DNA from: Alphaproteobacteria bacterium
GTDB taxonomy: Bacteria > Pseudomonadota > Alphaproteobacteria > CAAHEQ01 > UBA3637
Reading direction: 5' to 3'
Length of the DNA stretch: 64,000 nt
Assembly (NCBI GenBank): GCA_045614025.1
Contig: JAZLCE010000021.1
Span: forward strand, 887 to 64,886
A program made the translations under genes and the position numbers. The notes below the pieces were generated by a model. That model had not been told where the DNA came from and searched no databases. It was given only the letters and a program-made list of their open reading frames with translations. The stretch's first letter is position 1. Each line of letters begins with the position of its first letter. This document shows positions 1 to 10,011 of the stretch, piece after piece.

Positions 1-1182
1 CAAAGGTTTTTACTTAATACTTGTCTAGCTGTTTCAGGTCTTTATTTATTAAACACAGCATTAAATGTTGCTTATGATATTAAAAACCAGATTGAAAACA
101 AAGCAAAACCATCTCAATTCACTTATTTAAATGTAATCAATCTTATCTTGTTTTCTTTTTTATTCAAAACTGGGTTAAAAATCAGAAGAAAAGAACCTGA
201 TATTCTTTTAAAACAACCCAGTGTTTCAAAAACAGTTCTCAATAAACTTTGCTATCTTTACGAAAATGAAGAAAAAAAAGATGACATTTATTCTTCATTA
301 ACACCAAAAGATATTGAAAATTTATGCAAACGAATTGATTTTTCTGATCTTGCCATTTCAGAACAGCATTATATTTTGCAACGCCTTATTTTAACAGCAA
401 ATACAAATCCTGTTGTTTCAAAAATTTTAAAGAGCGATCTTTTGCCTTGTTCTTTAAAAATTGATGACACCATGAATTGTGGCGGACATATTACCCATGC
501 CTCACAAGTTATCAAAAGAGGAAGTATTTATATTCATGATTATTTAGATCCGATTTCCGTTACTCACGAGCTTTTGCATGCCAAACAAATTATGGATGGA
601 TCTTTTTTACTTAAAGAATTAAGATATTATGGTTCATTGATGAATGAAGCTCAGGCAAAAGCTTTAAATTTAATCATTGAAAGCAATATAAACCCAGAAT
701 ATTATCCTTTTCATTTTAATCCCGAAGAAAAAGTTTGGCCAAAAAAAATAACAAACCATTTTCTTCAAACTGATGAAAAAGAAAATATAAATCTTTCAAA
801 ACGCGCAAAACTTGCTAAAGCTCAAGAAAAAACAATGGGTGTTATCATAAAATGCTTGCAGGAAGAAGATGATAAATTACGCGAAAATATGATTCAATCA
901 TTCTGCGATAATAAATTATCAAAACAAGATCTTGAATATATGAATCAAACAATAAATTCTTGGAGGGATTTTTATATCAAAGAGGATTACAAGGCTAAAG
1001 AAGAAATAATCCCTCAAATGATACCAACACTTAAAAATGAATTAAAACTTATTCCTCTTATGGATGAATATTTTTCAAATGAAACTGGGATAAAACAATC
1101 CATTTCAGCCATTAAAATAAACTCTTGCAAAAACAATGCAGTTTATGATTATTTATCCAGTCAAAAACAAAAAACAAAATAA
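1..1182 (+). CDS. Putative membrane-anchored HExxH zinc-metalloprotease-like protein (5' end outside window)
   Basis: Frame 1 is open from base 1, with no stop before the TTG at 148 used by the ORF track, so the gene is probably cut by the window edge. Two hydrophobic helices lie in the first ~60 codons. VTHELLHAKQ (HExxH) is followed 23 residues later by LMNEAQA, a possible third-ligand Glu (gluzincin-like). No other family recognised. Confidence 0.5.
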   Translation, partial: QRFLLNTCLAVSGLYLLNTALNVAYDIKNQIENKAKPSQFTYLNVINLILFSFLFKTGLKIRRKEPDILLKQPSVSKTVLNKLCYLYENEEKKDDIYSSLTPKDIENLCKRIDFSDLAISEQHYILQRLILTANTNPVVSKILKSDLLPCSLKIDDTMNCGGHITHASQVIKRGSIYIHDYLDPISVTHELLHAKQIMDGSFLLKELRYYGSLMNEAQAKALNLIIESNINPEYYPFHFNPEEKVWPKKITNHFLQTDEKENINLSKRAKLAKAQEKTMGVIIKCLQEEDDKLRENMIQSFCDNKLSKQDLEYMNQTINSWRDFYIKEDYKAKEEIIPQMIPTLKNELKLIPLMDEYFSNETGIKQSISAIKINSCKNNAVYDYLSSQKQKTK

Positions 1183-1258
1183 TCACCCTACCCTCTTGAT
1201 TTTTTGAAAAAAAAAGAATAAAAGTGGGGCATATTTATTTACCTTAAAGGAGTTTTAT

Positions 1259-2041
1259 ATGTCTTATTATCAACCGGCAGAAATTGCCACTCTTTTTGCT
1301 GACGGCTCAAAAGCCAAAGCCGATATGCCTTTTTTAAAATTTTTTCTTTTCGCTGTTTTAGGCGGAATTTTCATTGCACTTGGTGGGTTACTCACCGTTG
1401 TTGTTGCAGGTGGTATGCCTGTTACTCTTGATATGAATCCAGGTCTTGTTAAATTTACAGCAGGTGCTCTTTTCCCAGTTGGTTTGATTATGGTGAGCGT
1501 TGCGGGAGCTGATTTGTTCACAAGTGATTGCGCTGGGATGACTCTTTCAACGATGCAAAAGAAAACAACTGTTTTTGCTTTATTAAAAGTTTGGGTGTTA
1601 GCTTATGCTTTTAACTTTATTGGCGCTCAACTCGTTGCCTTTTTTATGGCTCATAAAACAGGTATTATTGCCAGCGCACCATACAGCGATTATTTACATT
1701 CATTAGCCTATGGGAAACTTAAATATCCATGGGATACGGTGTTTTTAAAAGGCATTGGCGCTAACGCTCTTGTTTGTCTTGGCACATGGATGGGTTATGC
1801 AGGCAAAGATATTGTTGGAAAAGCTTTAGGGATTTGGGTTCCTGTGATGCTTTTTGTTACTTTAGGATACGAACACTCAATTGCTAATATGTTCTTCATT
1901 CCTGCAGCCATGTATACAGGAGCAGATATTACTTGGAGTCACTTTATTATTGATAACTTGATCCCAGCCACAATCGGAAATATTGTTGGTGGCGCTGTTT
2001 TCATTGGCCTTATTTATGGATATATTTATAACAAAAAATAA
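1259..2041 (+). CDS. Formate/nitrite transporter (FNT) family channel
   Basis: 260 aa polytopic membrane protein. FNT-type stretches GADLFTSDC, GANALVCLGTWM and GYEHSIANMFFIP. AAAGGAG Shine-Dalgarno 6 nt upstream of the ATG. Confidence 0.85.
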   Translation: MSYYQPAEIATLFADGSKAKADMPFLKFFLFAVLGGIFIALGGLLTVVVAGGMPVTLDMNPGLVKFTAGALFPVGLIMVSVAGADLFTSDCAGMTLSTMQKKTTVFALLKVWVLAYAFNFIGAQLVAFFMAHKTGIIASAPYSDYLHSLAYGKLKYPWDTVFLKGIGANALVCLGTWMGYAGKDIVGKALGIWVPVMLFVTLGYEHSIANMFFIPAAMYTGADITWSHFIIDNLIPATIGNIVGGAVFIGLIYGYIYNKK

Positions 2042-2060
2042 CCGATTCTTTAGTCAATTA

Positions 2061-2090
2061 AAAAGGCGACCTCTCGGCCGCCTTTTTTGT
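2061..2090 (+). terminator. Rho-independent terminator after the FNT gene
   Basis: GGCGaCC-tctc-GGcCGCC hairpin (2065-2082) followed by T6 (2083-2088), 20 nt after the stop codon. Confidence 0.6.
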
Positions 2091-2369
2091 TTTTTTAAAC
2101 TCTTCCTGCTAAATTCAAAACAAGTTTTTCGGCATCAATTCAGCCAAAACAAACACCTGTCATTGACGTATCATAAATTCCTGGCTCAACTTCTTGATGT
2201 CCTTCTTTTAAATAACTTTCACCCATCAAACCTTTTACAAGTTTTTTTAACACAGGATTATCAGCCCGACTTTCAATCACATTATAAGCAATTCAAGGTT
2301 GTTCTTTATAATTTTTCTTAAGATATTATGATTGCCCGTCACAACAATAACCAGATTTTAAAGAGTTTA

Positions 2370-3536
2370 TTATATTTCTCTTTCGTTTTGATTATTTACC
2401 AAGCAGTTAACTTCTTTTTTCACAACACATTCCGCTCTAAATGAGGATTTATTCTCCTTAAAATCCCGATAAAGAGTATTTATAATAATCAAAGGAACAA
2501 TCATTTCTTCTTTTGTAAAACCGGCATGCTCTGATTTCATAGGCCATTCCGGATCAAATTTCCATGTTAATGAGCGATTCTTTTTTGCTAATGCAACATA
2601 ATCGCCCACAGCATCCTTAATAAACGGATGCTCACTGCCTCCCAACAATCGAATAAAGGCTTTTCCAGTCATTAAATGAAAATCTTGGAATGTTTCTTTA
2701 AACACCAACGGAAATTCTTTTTTATATTCTTCTTTAATATGAAAAGCCGCACATCTGGGTTCCAAAGAATTCGGCTGCGCCATCATTTTTGTAATATGCG
2801 GATAATCATTTGATAAATACAATTGTTCAACATCATGATGCCCATGGTCTGCCGTAATAATCATTACCGTATCTTTTAATTCTTCAGATAAAAGAGTCAA
2901 TTTTTTTTCCAATTCATCAACTGTTTCTTGAACCTTTTTGGATCCTATCCCATTTGCATGCAAAGCAGAATCCAATTCACTCCAATAAGCGTAAATATAT
3001 TTTTTTTCATCTTTTTGACACAACATTTTCAACCGGTTACACCAATCATCAAAAGTTTTGCAACCATTGTCAGCCCAAGCCGGCATCACCTCATAGGCTG
3101 GGATACCGTTCGCTTTTATCCGTTCAACAAGAGTCGGCACTTGCAACTCACCTGCTGGCTGCGATAATTTTGAAACTTCATTTGTGTCAAAATTCGTGTT
3201 TGAGAAAATATTTACAACTTCATCAGATTCTTTGAAATATTGCGACCAACCAAGCCACCCGTGTTGATGTGGCAAAACACCCGTTTTTAAAGTCGTATTC
3301 GCGGCAACCGTTGTTGCGGGAACAACCGTATTTAAAAGATCTTTTTTGTGTTTTTCAAAAAAACCGGTTGGCGTATGTTTTTTCAAAACAACCTCCCCCA
3401 AAGCATCAATCACAATCAAAACAACATTTTTTGGTTGCTCTTTCAAAATTTCATCTAATTTAGGATGCGAAATATGATGTTTTTGAAGACCAAAAAAAGT
3501 TTCAACTGCTGAGGTAATTGAAGTGATATTAAACAT
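2370..3536 (-). CDS. Alkaline-phosphatase-superfamily enzyme, type I phosphodiesterase/nucleotide pyrophosphatase-like
   Basis: 388 aa. NVVLIVIDALGE near the N-terminus, VPATTVAANTTLKTG (nucleophile-Thr region as in NPP-type enzymes) and IITADHGHHD metal-site motif. Confidence 0.6.
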   Translation of the reverse strand: MFNITSITSAVETFFGLQKHHISHPKLDEILKEQPKNVVLIVIDALGEVVLKKHTPTGFFEKHKKDLLNTVVPATTVAANTTLKTGVLPHQHGWLGWSQYFKESDEVVNIFSNTNFDTNEVSKLSQPAGELQVPTLVERIKANGIPAYEVMPAWADNGCKTFDDWCNRLKMLCQKDEKKYIYAYWSELDSALHANGIGSKKVQETVDELEKKLTLLSEELKDTVMIITADHGHHDVEQLYLSNDYPHITKMMAQPNSLEPRCAAFHIKEEYKKEFPLVFKETFQDFHLMTGKAFIRLLGGSEHPFIKDAVGDYVALAKKNRSLTWKFDPEWPMKSEHAGFTKEEMIVPLIIINTLYRDFKENKSSFRAECVVKKEVNCLVNNQNEREI

Positions 3537-3569
3537 AGATTTCCTTATATTTATTTCTAATTTATTGAT

Positions 3570-3597
3570 AAAAAAAACCTCCCGTTTGGGAGGTTTT
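3570..3597 (-). terminator. Rho-independent terminator downstream of tRNA-Val
   Basis: CCTCCC-gttt-GGGAGG hairpin (3578-3593). On the minus strand it is followed by a T8 run (A-run 3570-3577 on plus). Confidence 0.6.
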
Positions 3598-3600
3598 AGA

Positions 3601-3677
3601 TGGTGGATGTGGCAAGACTCGAACTTGCGACCCTTACGATGTCAACGTAATACTCTAACCACCTGAGCTACACATCC
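3601..3677 (-). tRNA. tRNA-Val (anticodon GAC), CCA encoded
   Basis: The reverse complement folds as a cloverleaf: acceptor GGATGTG/CACATCC, D arm GCTC..GAGT, anticodon stem TTACG/CGTAA with loop TTGACAT, T arm GCAAG-TTCGAGT-CTTGC, discriminator A plus CCA. Confidence 0.9.
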
Positions 3678-3782
3678 ATCTTAAGATAAAGCTATTTATA
3701 CTCTTTTTATTTTCCAAAAGCAAGCATTTTTTTTATTTTTTATTATTTTTTTTATTTCCCTTTATTTTTATTTACTTTTTTA

Positions 3783-4733
3783 CTATTCACACACAGTTAA
3801 AACAACCCCTAAAATAATAAAGAAAAAGCAAATTAACTTTTTCAACATCTCTTTCTTATTTAAATTTTCTTTAAACTTACTGCCAAAAACCTTATATAAA
3901 AGAACACTATACAATAAAACAAAAATGGGGGTTGTTGAGCTGATCCCCGCTCTTACCATAACAGGCAATAAAGAAAGGGCAAAAATCCCCGTTAAAACAG
4001 CAGCTCGATCCACAACTTCCATTAACATTAACAGCCAAAAATTCTTTTTAAACACATGAAAATCTTTTTTAACCATTTTTAAAAAGTTTGGATACAGCAA
4101 AGCTAAAAATAAGAATACGTCAGATAAAATAATATAATAAAAACTAAAACTCAGCCAATTCATTTCAATTAATGCTTTTTTTGAAAAAATGGTGTTTAAT
4201 GTTATCATCAAAGATGCAATAACCATTAAATAAAAAGCCATATTAATTTGAAAAGTTACCCCTTTTTTCAAGTTTAACAATAATGTAGATGCAATAATAA
4301 CAAAAAAGCCAATATATTGCCAAAAATAAAGTTTTTCCCCCACAATGATATAAGCAAAAACAGGAAGCAAGATTTTCCCCAATGAAAACATTGCTCCAAC
4401 AACAGAGGTATCAATTCTTTTAAGCGCTTTAAAATAAGGAATTTGATATAAAATTTCAAATAAAGCAACAACAAATAAAATCGGCACCATTTGTGGATGA
4501 ATATTTAAAATATCTACACCACCAAATAATATTAAAAAAGGTAAAACAAATAAATTTGTTATCCCCAAATAAAAAATTGTGGAAGCATTTGTTTTAAACA
4601 TAAAATTTGATACACGCGCATCCAATATATTCGAAACCGCATGTAACATCGGAGCAATAAAGGAAATTAATAAAGCAAACATAAAAATTCTCTTTTCAAC
4701 GTTGTTTCTATCATATCTATGGGCAATTGTCAA
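3783..4733 (-). CDS. DMT-superfamily (EamA-like) membrane transporter
   Basis: 316 aa with about 10 hydrophobic helices in two similar halves. The call rests on topology and size only. Starts 10 nt after the upstream MFS gene stop. Confidence 0.45.
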   Translation of the reverse strand: MTIAHRYDRNNVEKRIFMFALLISFIAPMLHAVSNILDARVSNFMFKTNASTIFYLGITNLFVLPFLILFGGVDILNIHPQMVPILFVVALFEILYQIPYFKALKRIDTSVVGAMFSLGKILLPVFAYIIVGEKLYFWQYIGFFVIIASTLLLNLKKGVTFQINMAFYLMVIASLMITLNTIFSKKALIEMNWLSFSFYYIILSDVFLFLALLYPNFLKMVKKDFHVFKKNFWLLMLMEVVDRAAVLTGIFALSLLPVMVRAGISSTTPIFVLLYSVLLYKVFGSKFKENLNKKEMLKKLICFFFIILGVVLTVCE

Positions 4734-4743
4734 ATTTCAAAGA

Positions 4744-5964
4744 TTACCATTCTTCTTTCAATAATTTTTTATTCAAAGAAAAAGCATTAATTCCCATTCC
4801 AAACCAAAAACAAAACAACAACAAAATAAAATACTTTAAAGATTCAAACCCACCAATAGTGGAAAACAATAATAAAATTAAAAAACTGACAATCCGTCCA
4901 ACATTTAAAAACATTTCACGCAAAGCAAAATATTCAATTTTAAAACGGCGTTTTACTATTTGAGTATTCGCCGTATTAAACATATTAACTTCAGCAGTTA
5001 AATCAAACAACTTGACTGCACTCGCACAACAAAAATTATAAAAAATGAATGTTCCCTTTTCTGGTGCAATCACAAACAACACTGTTCCCACAAAAGCCAT
5101 TAATAAACTCCAGCTTATAAGTGAAGTAAATTTTGTATAAGATCCATATTTTGCAAATAATAAATTGGTTAAAACTGCCACAAAATTAAAAACAGCGGTG
5201 ATCACACCCAATTTAAAATCCGTTTTAAAAAGATAAACAATATAAAGAGTTACAATCGCATTTAAAGATCCAATTAACGACAAGCCGTTAAAAAATTCCA
5301 TTCTGTATAAATTATTAATAATTTTATCTTTTTTTGTTCTTTTATAATATCTTAACAAAGAAAATTTAACCCTTCTTTTAGGCTTTGGCATTTTAAAACG
5401 AATGGTGAGCAATAATTCCACCAACATTAAAATAAGCAAAAACAAAATCGTTCTTGAAATAGAATCAACTGTTAAAAAATACCCTAACATAATTGGTGAT
5501 AAAATTTTAACTGCACCTTTAATCGTGTTTAAAACTCCTCTAAATGAAATCATTTTAGCTCGAGAGATATTTTCAGAAACCATTAAATTCCATGTAAAAG
5601 CTTTTAATGCAGTTGCAGATCCCAGTAATATTGCTGAAAGAGGCAAATAATTAATCACATTTTCTTTCAAAACCATAATCAAGCACAATGCAAAAAAATT
5701 AGTTATAATTCCTATACGATATAAAAATAAGCGATATCCTTTTTTTATAGTGTTTCCAGTTAAAAAAGCTAAAAACAAAACAGCCGCATAAAACATTATA
5801 AAATATGCAGAAATTGCCAAAACATTTTGATCTGCAGTTTTAAAAAAATAGGCAACCAAAAAAGTTGTAATAAAAATATTTGTAATCGTGTTTAAAGAAT
5901 CTGCCAACATCAAAGAGGCGGTTAATGATTTAAACGGATTTAACTTTTTCAGTTGCCCAAGCAT
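4744..5964 (-). CDS. MFS-type membrane transporter
   Basis: 406 aa with about 12 hydrophobic helices and a basic central loop (KMPKPKRRVKFSLLRYYKRTKKDK). A loop 2-3 GNTIKKGYR resembles the MFS D/G-R-x-G-R-R motif. Starts 3 nt after the pepA stop. Confidence 0.5.
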   Translation of the reverse strand: MLGQLKKLNPFKSLTASLMLADSLNTITNIFITTFLVAYFFKTADQNVLAISAYFIMFYAAVLFLAFLTGNTIKKGYRLFLYRIGIITNFFALCLIMVLKENVINYLPLSAILLGSATALKAFTWNLMVSENISRAKMISFRGVLNTIKGAVKILSPIMLGYFLTVDSISRTILFLLILMLVELLLTIRFKMPKPKRRVKFSLLRYYKRTKKDKIINNLYRMEFFNGLSLIGSLNAIVTLYIVYLFKTDFKLGVITAVFNFVAVLTNLLFAKYGSYTKFTSLISWSLLMAFVGTVLFVIAPEKGTFIFYNFCCASAVKLFDLTAEVNMFNTANTQIVKRRFKIEYFALREMFLNVGRIVSFLILLLFSTIGGFESLKYFILLLFCFWFGMGINAFSLNKKLLKEEW

Positions 5965-5967
5965 CTT

Positions 5968-7398
5968 TTATTTTACCAAAGCATTTAATAAACGAACACC
6001 CCAACCGGTGGCACCCTTTGGGGTCAATGGTCTAGATTTTTCATATTTATCAACCCCTGCAATATCAAGGTGCGCCCAAGAAGTGCCTTCTTTAATAAAA
6101 CGATTTAAGAAGCAAGCAGCCGTGCTCCCTCCGGCTAAACGCCCACCAATGTTTTTCATATCAGCAATATCAGAATCTATCATTTTATCATATGCTTTAT
6201 TCATCGGTAATCGCCACACTTCTTCATCAACAGAGCGTCCCGCAGATGAAATTTCTTCAACTAAAGCGTCATCATAAGAAAACAATCCAGCATACTCCTC
6301 TCCAAGAGCAGCCATAACTGCTCCTGTTAATGTGGCTAAATCAATAATTTTTTTCACGCCATAAGTTTCTTGCATATACCATAAGCAGTCTCCCAAAACA
6401 AGACGCCCTTCTGCATCCGTATTTAAAATTTCAACCGTTTTTCCAGAAAGCGATGTAACAACATCTCCAGGACGCGTTGCCGAACCTGATGGCATATTTT
6501 CAACAAGACCCACAATCCCGATAACATTGCTTTTCACCTTTCGAAGAGCCAATGAGCGCATAGAAGCAACAACAACTGCGGCCCCTGTCATATCTTGTTT
6601 CATATCGCCCATTCCTGCTCCTGGTTTTAAAGATATACCGCCTGAATCAAATGTGACTCCTTTGCCAACAAATCCTATATCAAATGCTTTTTTCTTAGGA
6701 TTTCCTTTCCATTTCATCACAGCAACTCTTGGTTCATTAACGGATCCTTGTGCAACAGAAAGCAGCATTCCAAATTTTTTTGCTTTTAATTCTTTTAATG
6801 TTAATAATTCAATTTCGAGCCCTGTTTCTGATAACTTTTCAATAATTTCAGAAAAAATCTTTGGTGTTAAATGATTTGCTGGCTCCGCGCTTAAAGCTCT
6901 TGCAAAACAAACGCTTTCTAAAATTGCTTTTGTATCATCAAACAATGCTTTCATTTTTTTAGGATCTTTAGTCTCAAAAGAAACTTCTTTTAATTCCTTA
7001 TCCTCTTTTTTCTTTGAAAAATATTTATCAAATTTAAAAGAGGATAAAAATAATCCTGTTGCAACAGCAGTTATTTCTTCTTCAACAGGCATTTGACCAT
7101 TTAAAGGATGATATACAGCTTTTTCATCTTTAATTGCTGATGCTAATTTTCCACCCACTTTTTCAAAAGCTGTTCGATCTGGAGTTTCTCCAGTCCCAAC
7201 AATTAAAATTTTACTATCCAAACCCAAAACAGTAACTATCTCCCCTTCTTTTGCTTTAAAATTTGATTGTTTTAAAGCTTGAGCAACATATTTTTTTTGA
7301 GTTGTTGTCAAAACAGAAGTTTTTAATATTTCTTTATCGGTTGCAAAAATTTGAACACAATTTTGATCAATCTCTTTTTTAAAATTAATTTTAATCAT
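5968..7398 (-). CDS. pepA: Leucyl aminopeptidase (M17 family)
   Basis: 476 aa. VGKGVTFDSGGISLKP and the M17 signature NTDAEGRLVLGDCLWY. Confidence 0.92.
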   Translation of the reverse strand: MIKINFKKEIDQNCVQIFATDKEILKTSVLTTTQKKYVAQALKQSNFKAKEGEIVTVLGLDSKILIVGTGETPDRTAFEKVGGKLASAIKDEKAVYHPLNGQMPVEEEITAVATGLFLSSFKFDKYFSKKKEDKELKEVSFETKDPKKMKALFDDTKAILESVCFARALSAEPANHLTPKIFSEIIEKLSETGLEIELLTLKELKAKKFGMLLSVAQGSVNEPRVAVMKWKGNPKKKAFDIGFVGKGVTFDSGGISLKPGAGMGDMKQDMTGAAVVVASMRSLALRKVKSNVIGIVGLVENMPSGSATRPGDVVTSLSGKTVEILNTDAEGRLVLGDCLWYMQETYGVKKIIDLATLTGAVMAALGEEYAGLFSYDDALVEEISSAGRSVDEEVWRLPMNKAYDKMIDSDIADMKNIGGRLAGGSTAACFLNRFIKEGTSWAHLDIAGVDKYEKSRPLTPKGATGWGVRLLNALVK

Positions 7399-7470
7399 TT
7401 TTTTAACCCCTTTGATTGTTTATCTTTTTTCATCATAGCAAGCTAATCAAAAAGTTAAAAGTTTTTTTTA

Positions 7471-9789
7471 TCAGTTTTTAAAAAAACTTTCTATTTGTGG
7501 ATCTTTATATTTTTTTGCCAAATCAAATGCAGTATCCCCATTTTTATCTTTCAAAGTTAAATCCACACCATATTCCATTAAAACACTTATAAAAGAAGGG
7601 TATCCCAAAAGAACTGCAATATGAAGCAGTGTTTCTTTTGTTTCTTCATCAACCGAATTAACATCCGCACCAGCATTTAAAAGAATTTTAAAATATCGCA
7701 TATCGCGTTGAACCAACGCTTGGCGCAAAGCCTCATATCCAAGATTTTTAATTCTATTAGGACCACAAAAACACTTGTGTCGCATCATAAGAACAACAAC
7801 TTCTCTATCTAAAATAGTTAAAGCTAGTTCAATCGGCGTCTTTTTATATAAATACACTTCATTTAAATGAGCTTTTTTTTCAATTGCTTTTTCTACAAAT
7901 TCAAGATTATTCGTTAAAATGCCATGAAACAACAAACATTCATAAACTTTTTTTTCATTTTCATAAGACTCAAAAAAATCTTTTATTCTTTTTGATTTTT
8001 CTTGAATTAACGAAGCACAACTTTTCCCTTCTTTATTACAAAGATATGGATTTGCTCCCTTTTGAAGAAAAAATTTAAAAGCCTCAAAATTATCGTTTTG
8101 AATAGCCAAATGGAGTGGTGTATTCAAATTTTTATCTACTGCATTAAAATCAATATCAGTTTCACTTAAAAACGAAAGACAGGCAGACTTTTGACTTAAA
8201 GCAGCAAAATGTGCCATTGTTTTAGAATCAAAATCTTTAGCATACAATTGCTCTGTTTTATCCAAAAGTAATTCTATAATTTTTGAATTTCCTGTTTCAA
8301 AAGCTTTCATTAAAGGCGTTTGTCCTTTATAGTCAGATATAGTTTTATCTGCATTTAAATAAAGAAGTGATTGAACCATATCCTCTTTTTCGTTACAAAC
8401 AGCAAAAAAAAGTGGCGTTTGTCCTTTAGAATCTATGGCATTCACATCACAATGCAACTCATTGATTTGATCAACTGTCACTTTTATTTTTTGTTCAGCT
8501 AAATGATGCAAAACACTTCTTTCTTCTTTTTGTTTAGCATTTAAAGGTAATTCTTTTAATAAAATCCTATGCAACAAAAAGCAGTTTTGAGCTTCTAAAT
8601 CAAGTTGATTTTGAATCGATACTTGCATTTCTTTAACTGCAATTTTTACCATAGAAAAAGAAATATTTGGCATCAAAATAATAAAAACATTCTTTAAAAC
8701 AAATTTTAGTAATTTTTTTAAATGTGTTTTTTCAAAAGCTAAAAACTTATTTAACTCAACTATAAATTTATCTTGATCTAATGAAATTGTTTTTAAAGGT
8801 AAAACTGAAGAAAATAACTCTTTTTTCAAAAGATACTTTACATAATCCATATAAGCAACTTGCAACTGTTGAGATAGTATAAATTTATTTTGTAGACTTT
8901 TCCAATCCGCATTCATCTGGATAACATCTTGCAACTGAACAGATAAAGAAAATTTCATCCATGCTTCACCCCATTCTTGTTTTTCAGCTTCAGAAACAGC
9001 ATTCAGCACTTTATCTTCTAAAATATATTCCTCTTTTGCCGAACCTTTTTGCTCAACTTCCAAAAATTTTCGTCTTAAAGATATAATTGAGTCAAAAACA
9101 TCACTAAAAAAATCTTGAAAAAGAAGATCATTGTTTTGATTTTCTACACCATTATTAAAATTGTTATTTTTTTTAAGTAAATTACTTTTTTTTTGCACCA
9201 CATCTAAAAAAGATTGATACATTTCTTCCGAATAAGAAAGATTATACCCTTCTTCACAAAGAAATTTTTTATTTTGATTTTGCAACCTTAATGGATATAA
9301 ATAAAACTTTTCTTCTTGTTCTAAAAAACTCTTATAATTTTCAACTTGCCACTCAAAAGTTGTTTCATCATATTTGTAACTGCCATCAATATAATTTTTT
9401 TGAAAACGATCAACAAGATAATTTCTCATTCTTAAAATACAATCATATAAAACAGCCTTATATGTTGAATTTGTTTTTTTTAAAATAGTGGCAACAAAAA
9501 AAGCATCTTCAAATTTTTTTAACGTTATCAAAATTTCATTATATTTACTAATTACTTTTAACCAATCATATAATGAATGAGAAGTTCCTTCCTTTAATAA
9601 CACATAAAGCTCTTCTTCTATTTGATAAAAATCCAAAACATTTTTTTCCAAAACCTCAAACTTACTGTCTTTATCTAAAAAACTATCCAGCTCTTTTAAA
9701 CGGCTTTTTTCTTCTTTTTCTTGTAACAATACGCCATTTGTTTGAAAGTCATTAAAAGAAGAATTAAAATTTAATGCTTCATGTAACAT
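7471..9789 (-). CDS. Ankyrin-repeat protein (candidate host-interaction effector)
   Basis: The ATG at 9789 is preceded by GGAG with an 8-nt spacer. The longer ORF-track version (GTG at 9924) would overlap tRNA-Thr. The C-terminal ~330 aa hold at least 5-6 ANK repeats (KGQTPLFFAVCNEKEDMVQSLL, KGQTPLMKAFETGNSKIIELLL, NTPLHLAIQNDNFEAFKFFLQKGANP, ETLLHIAVLLGYPSFISVLMEYGVDL, NGDTAFDLA). The N-terminal ~440 aa have no recognisable domain. Confidence 0.8.
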   Translation of the reverse strand: MLHEALNFNSSFNDFQTNGVLLQEKEEKSRLKELDSFLDKDSKFEVLEKNVLDFYQIEEELYVLLKEGTSHSLYDWLKVISKYNEILITLKKFEDAFFVATILKKTNSTYKAVLYDCILRMRNYLVDRFQKNYIDGSYKYDETTFEWQVENYKSFLEQEEKFYLYPLRLQNQNKKFLCEEGYNLSYSEEMYQSFLDVVQKKSNLLKKNNNFNNGVENQNNDLLFQDFFSDVFDSIISLRRKFLEVEQKGSAKEEYILEDKVLNAVSEAEKQEWGEAWMKFSLSVQLQDVIQMNADWKSLQNKFILSQQLQVAYMDYVKYLLKKELFSSVLPLKTISLDQDKFIVELNKFLAFEKTHLKKLLKFVLKNVFIILMPNISFSMVKIAVKEMQVSIQNQLDLEAQNCFLLHRILLKELPLNAKQKEERSVLHHLAEQKIKVTVDQINELHCDVNAIDSKGQTPLFFAVCNEKEDMVQSLLYLNADKTISDYKGQTPLMKAFETGNSKIIELLLDKTEQLYAKDFDSKTMAHFAALSQKSACLSFLSETDIDFNAVDKNLNTPLHLAIQNDNFEAFKFFLQKGANPYLCNKEGKSCASLIQEKSKRIKDFFESYENEKKVYECLLFHGILTNNLEFVEKAIEKKAHLNEVYLYKKTPIELALTILDREVVVLMMRHKCFCGPNRIKNLGYEALRQALVQRDMRYFKILLNAGADVNSVDEETKETLLHIAVLLGYPSFISVLMEYGVDLTLKDKNGDTAFDLAKKYKDPQIESFFKN

Positions 9790-9889
9790 AGGAAGATCTC
9801 CAAAAAAACAACCTATGATACATAAAATCTTATGATTTGTCAATAAAATTGAAAAATCCCCCAAAAAGCAAAACCTTTTTGAGGGAACA

Positions 9890-9965
<76 letters not shown>

Positions 9966-10011
9966 GTTAAAACTTTTATACGCGATCTAAAAACAAAATG
10001 CAAGAAAAAAA

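Noticed and set aside
1983-2321. 112-aa plus-strand ORF from the ORF track
   Set aside because: It starts inside the 3' end of the FNT gene in another frame and runs straight through the terminator hairpin. The sequence is low-complexity and Leu/Phe-rich, with no RBS. It is most likely a chance ORF.
5888-6874. Antisense ORFs inside pepA (5888-6277, 6527-6874). Similar antisense ORFs lie inside ftsZ/ftsA (29090-31347) and the RND pump (14556-14889).
   Set aside because: These are shadow ORFs opposite strongly conserved genes. Their composition (Pro/Ser/Ala-rich) is typical of reverse-frame translation of GC-richer coding DNA, and they have no start signals.
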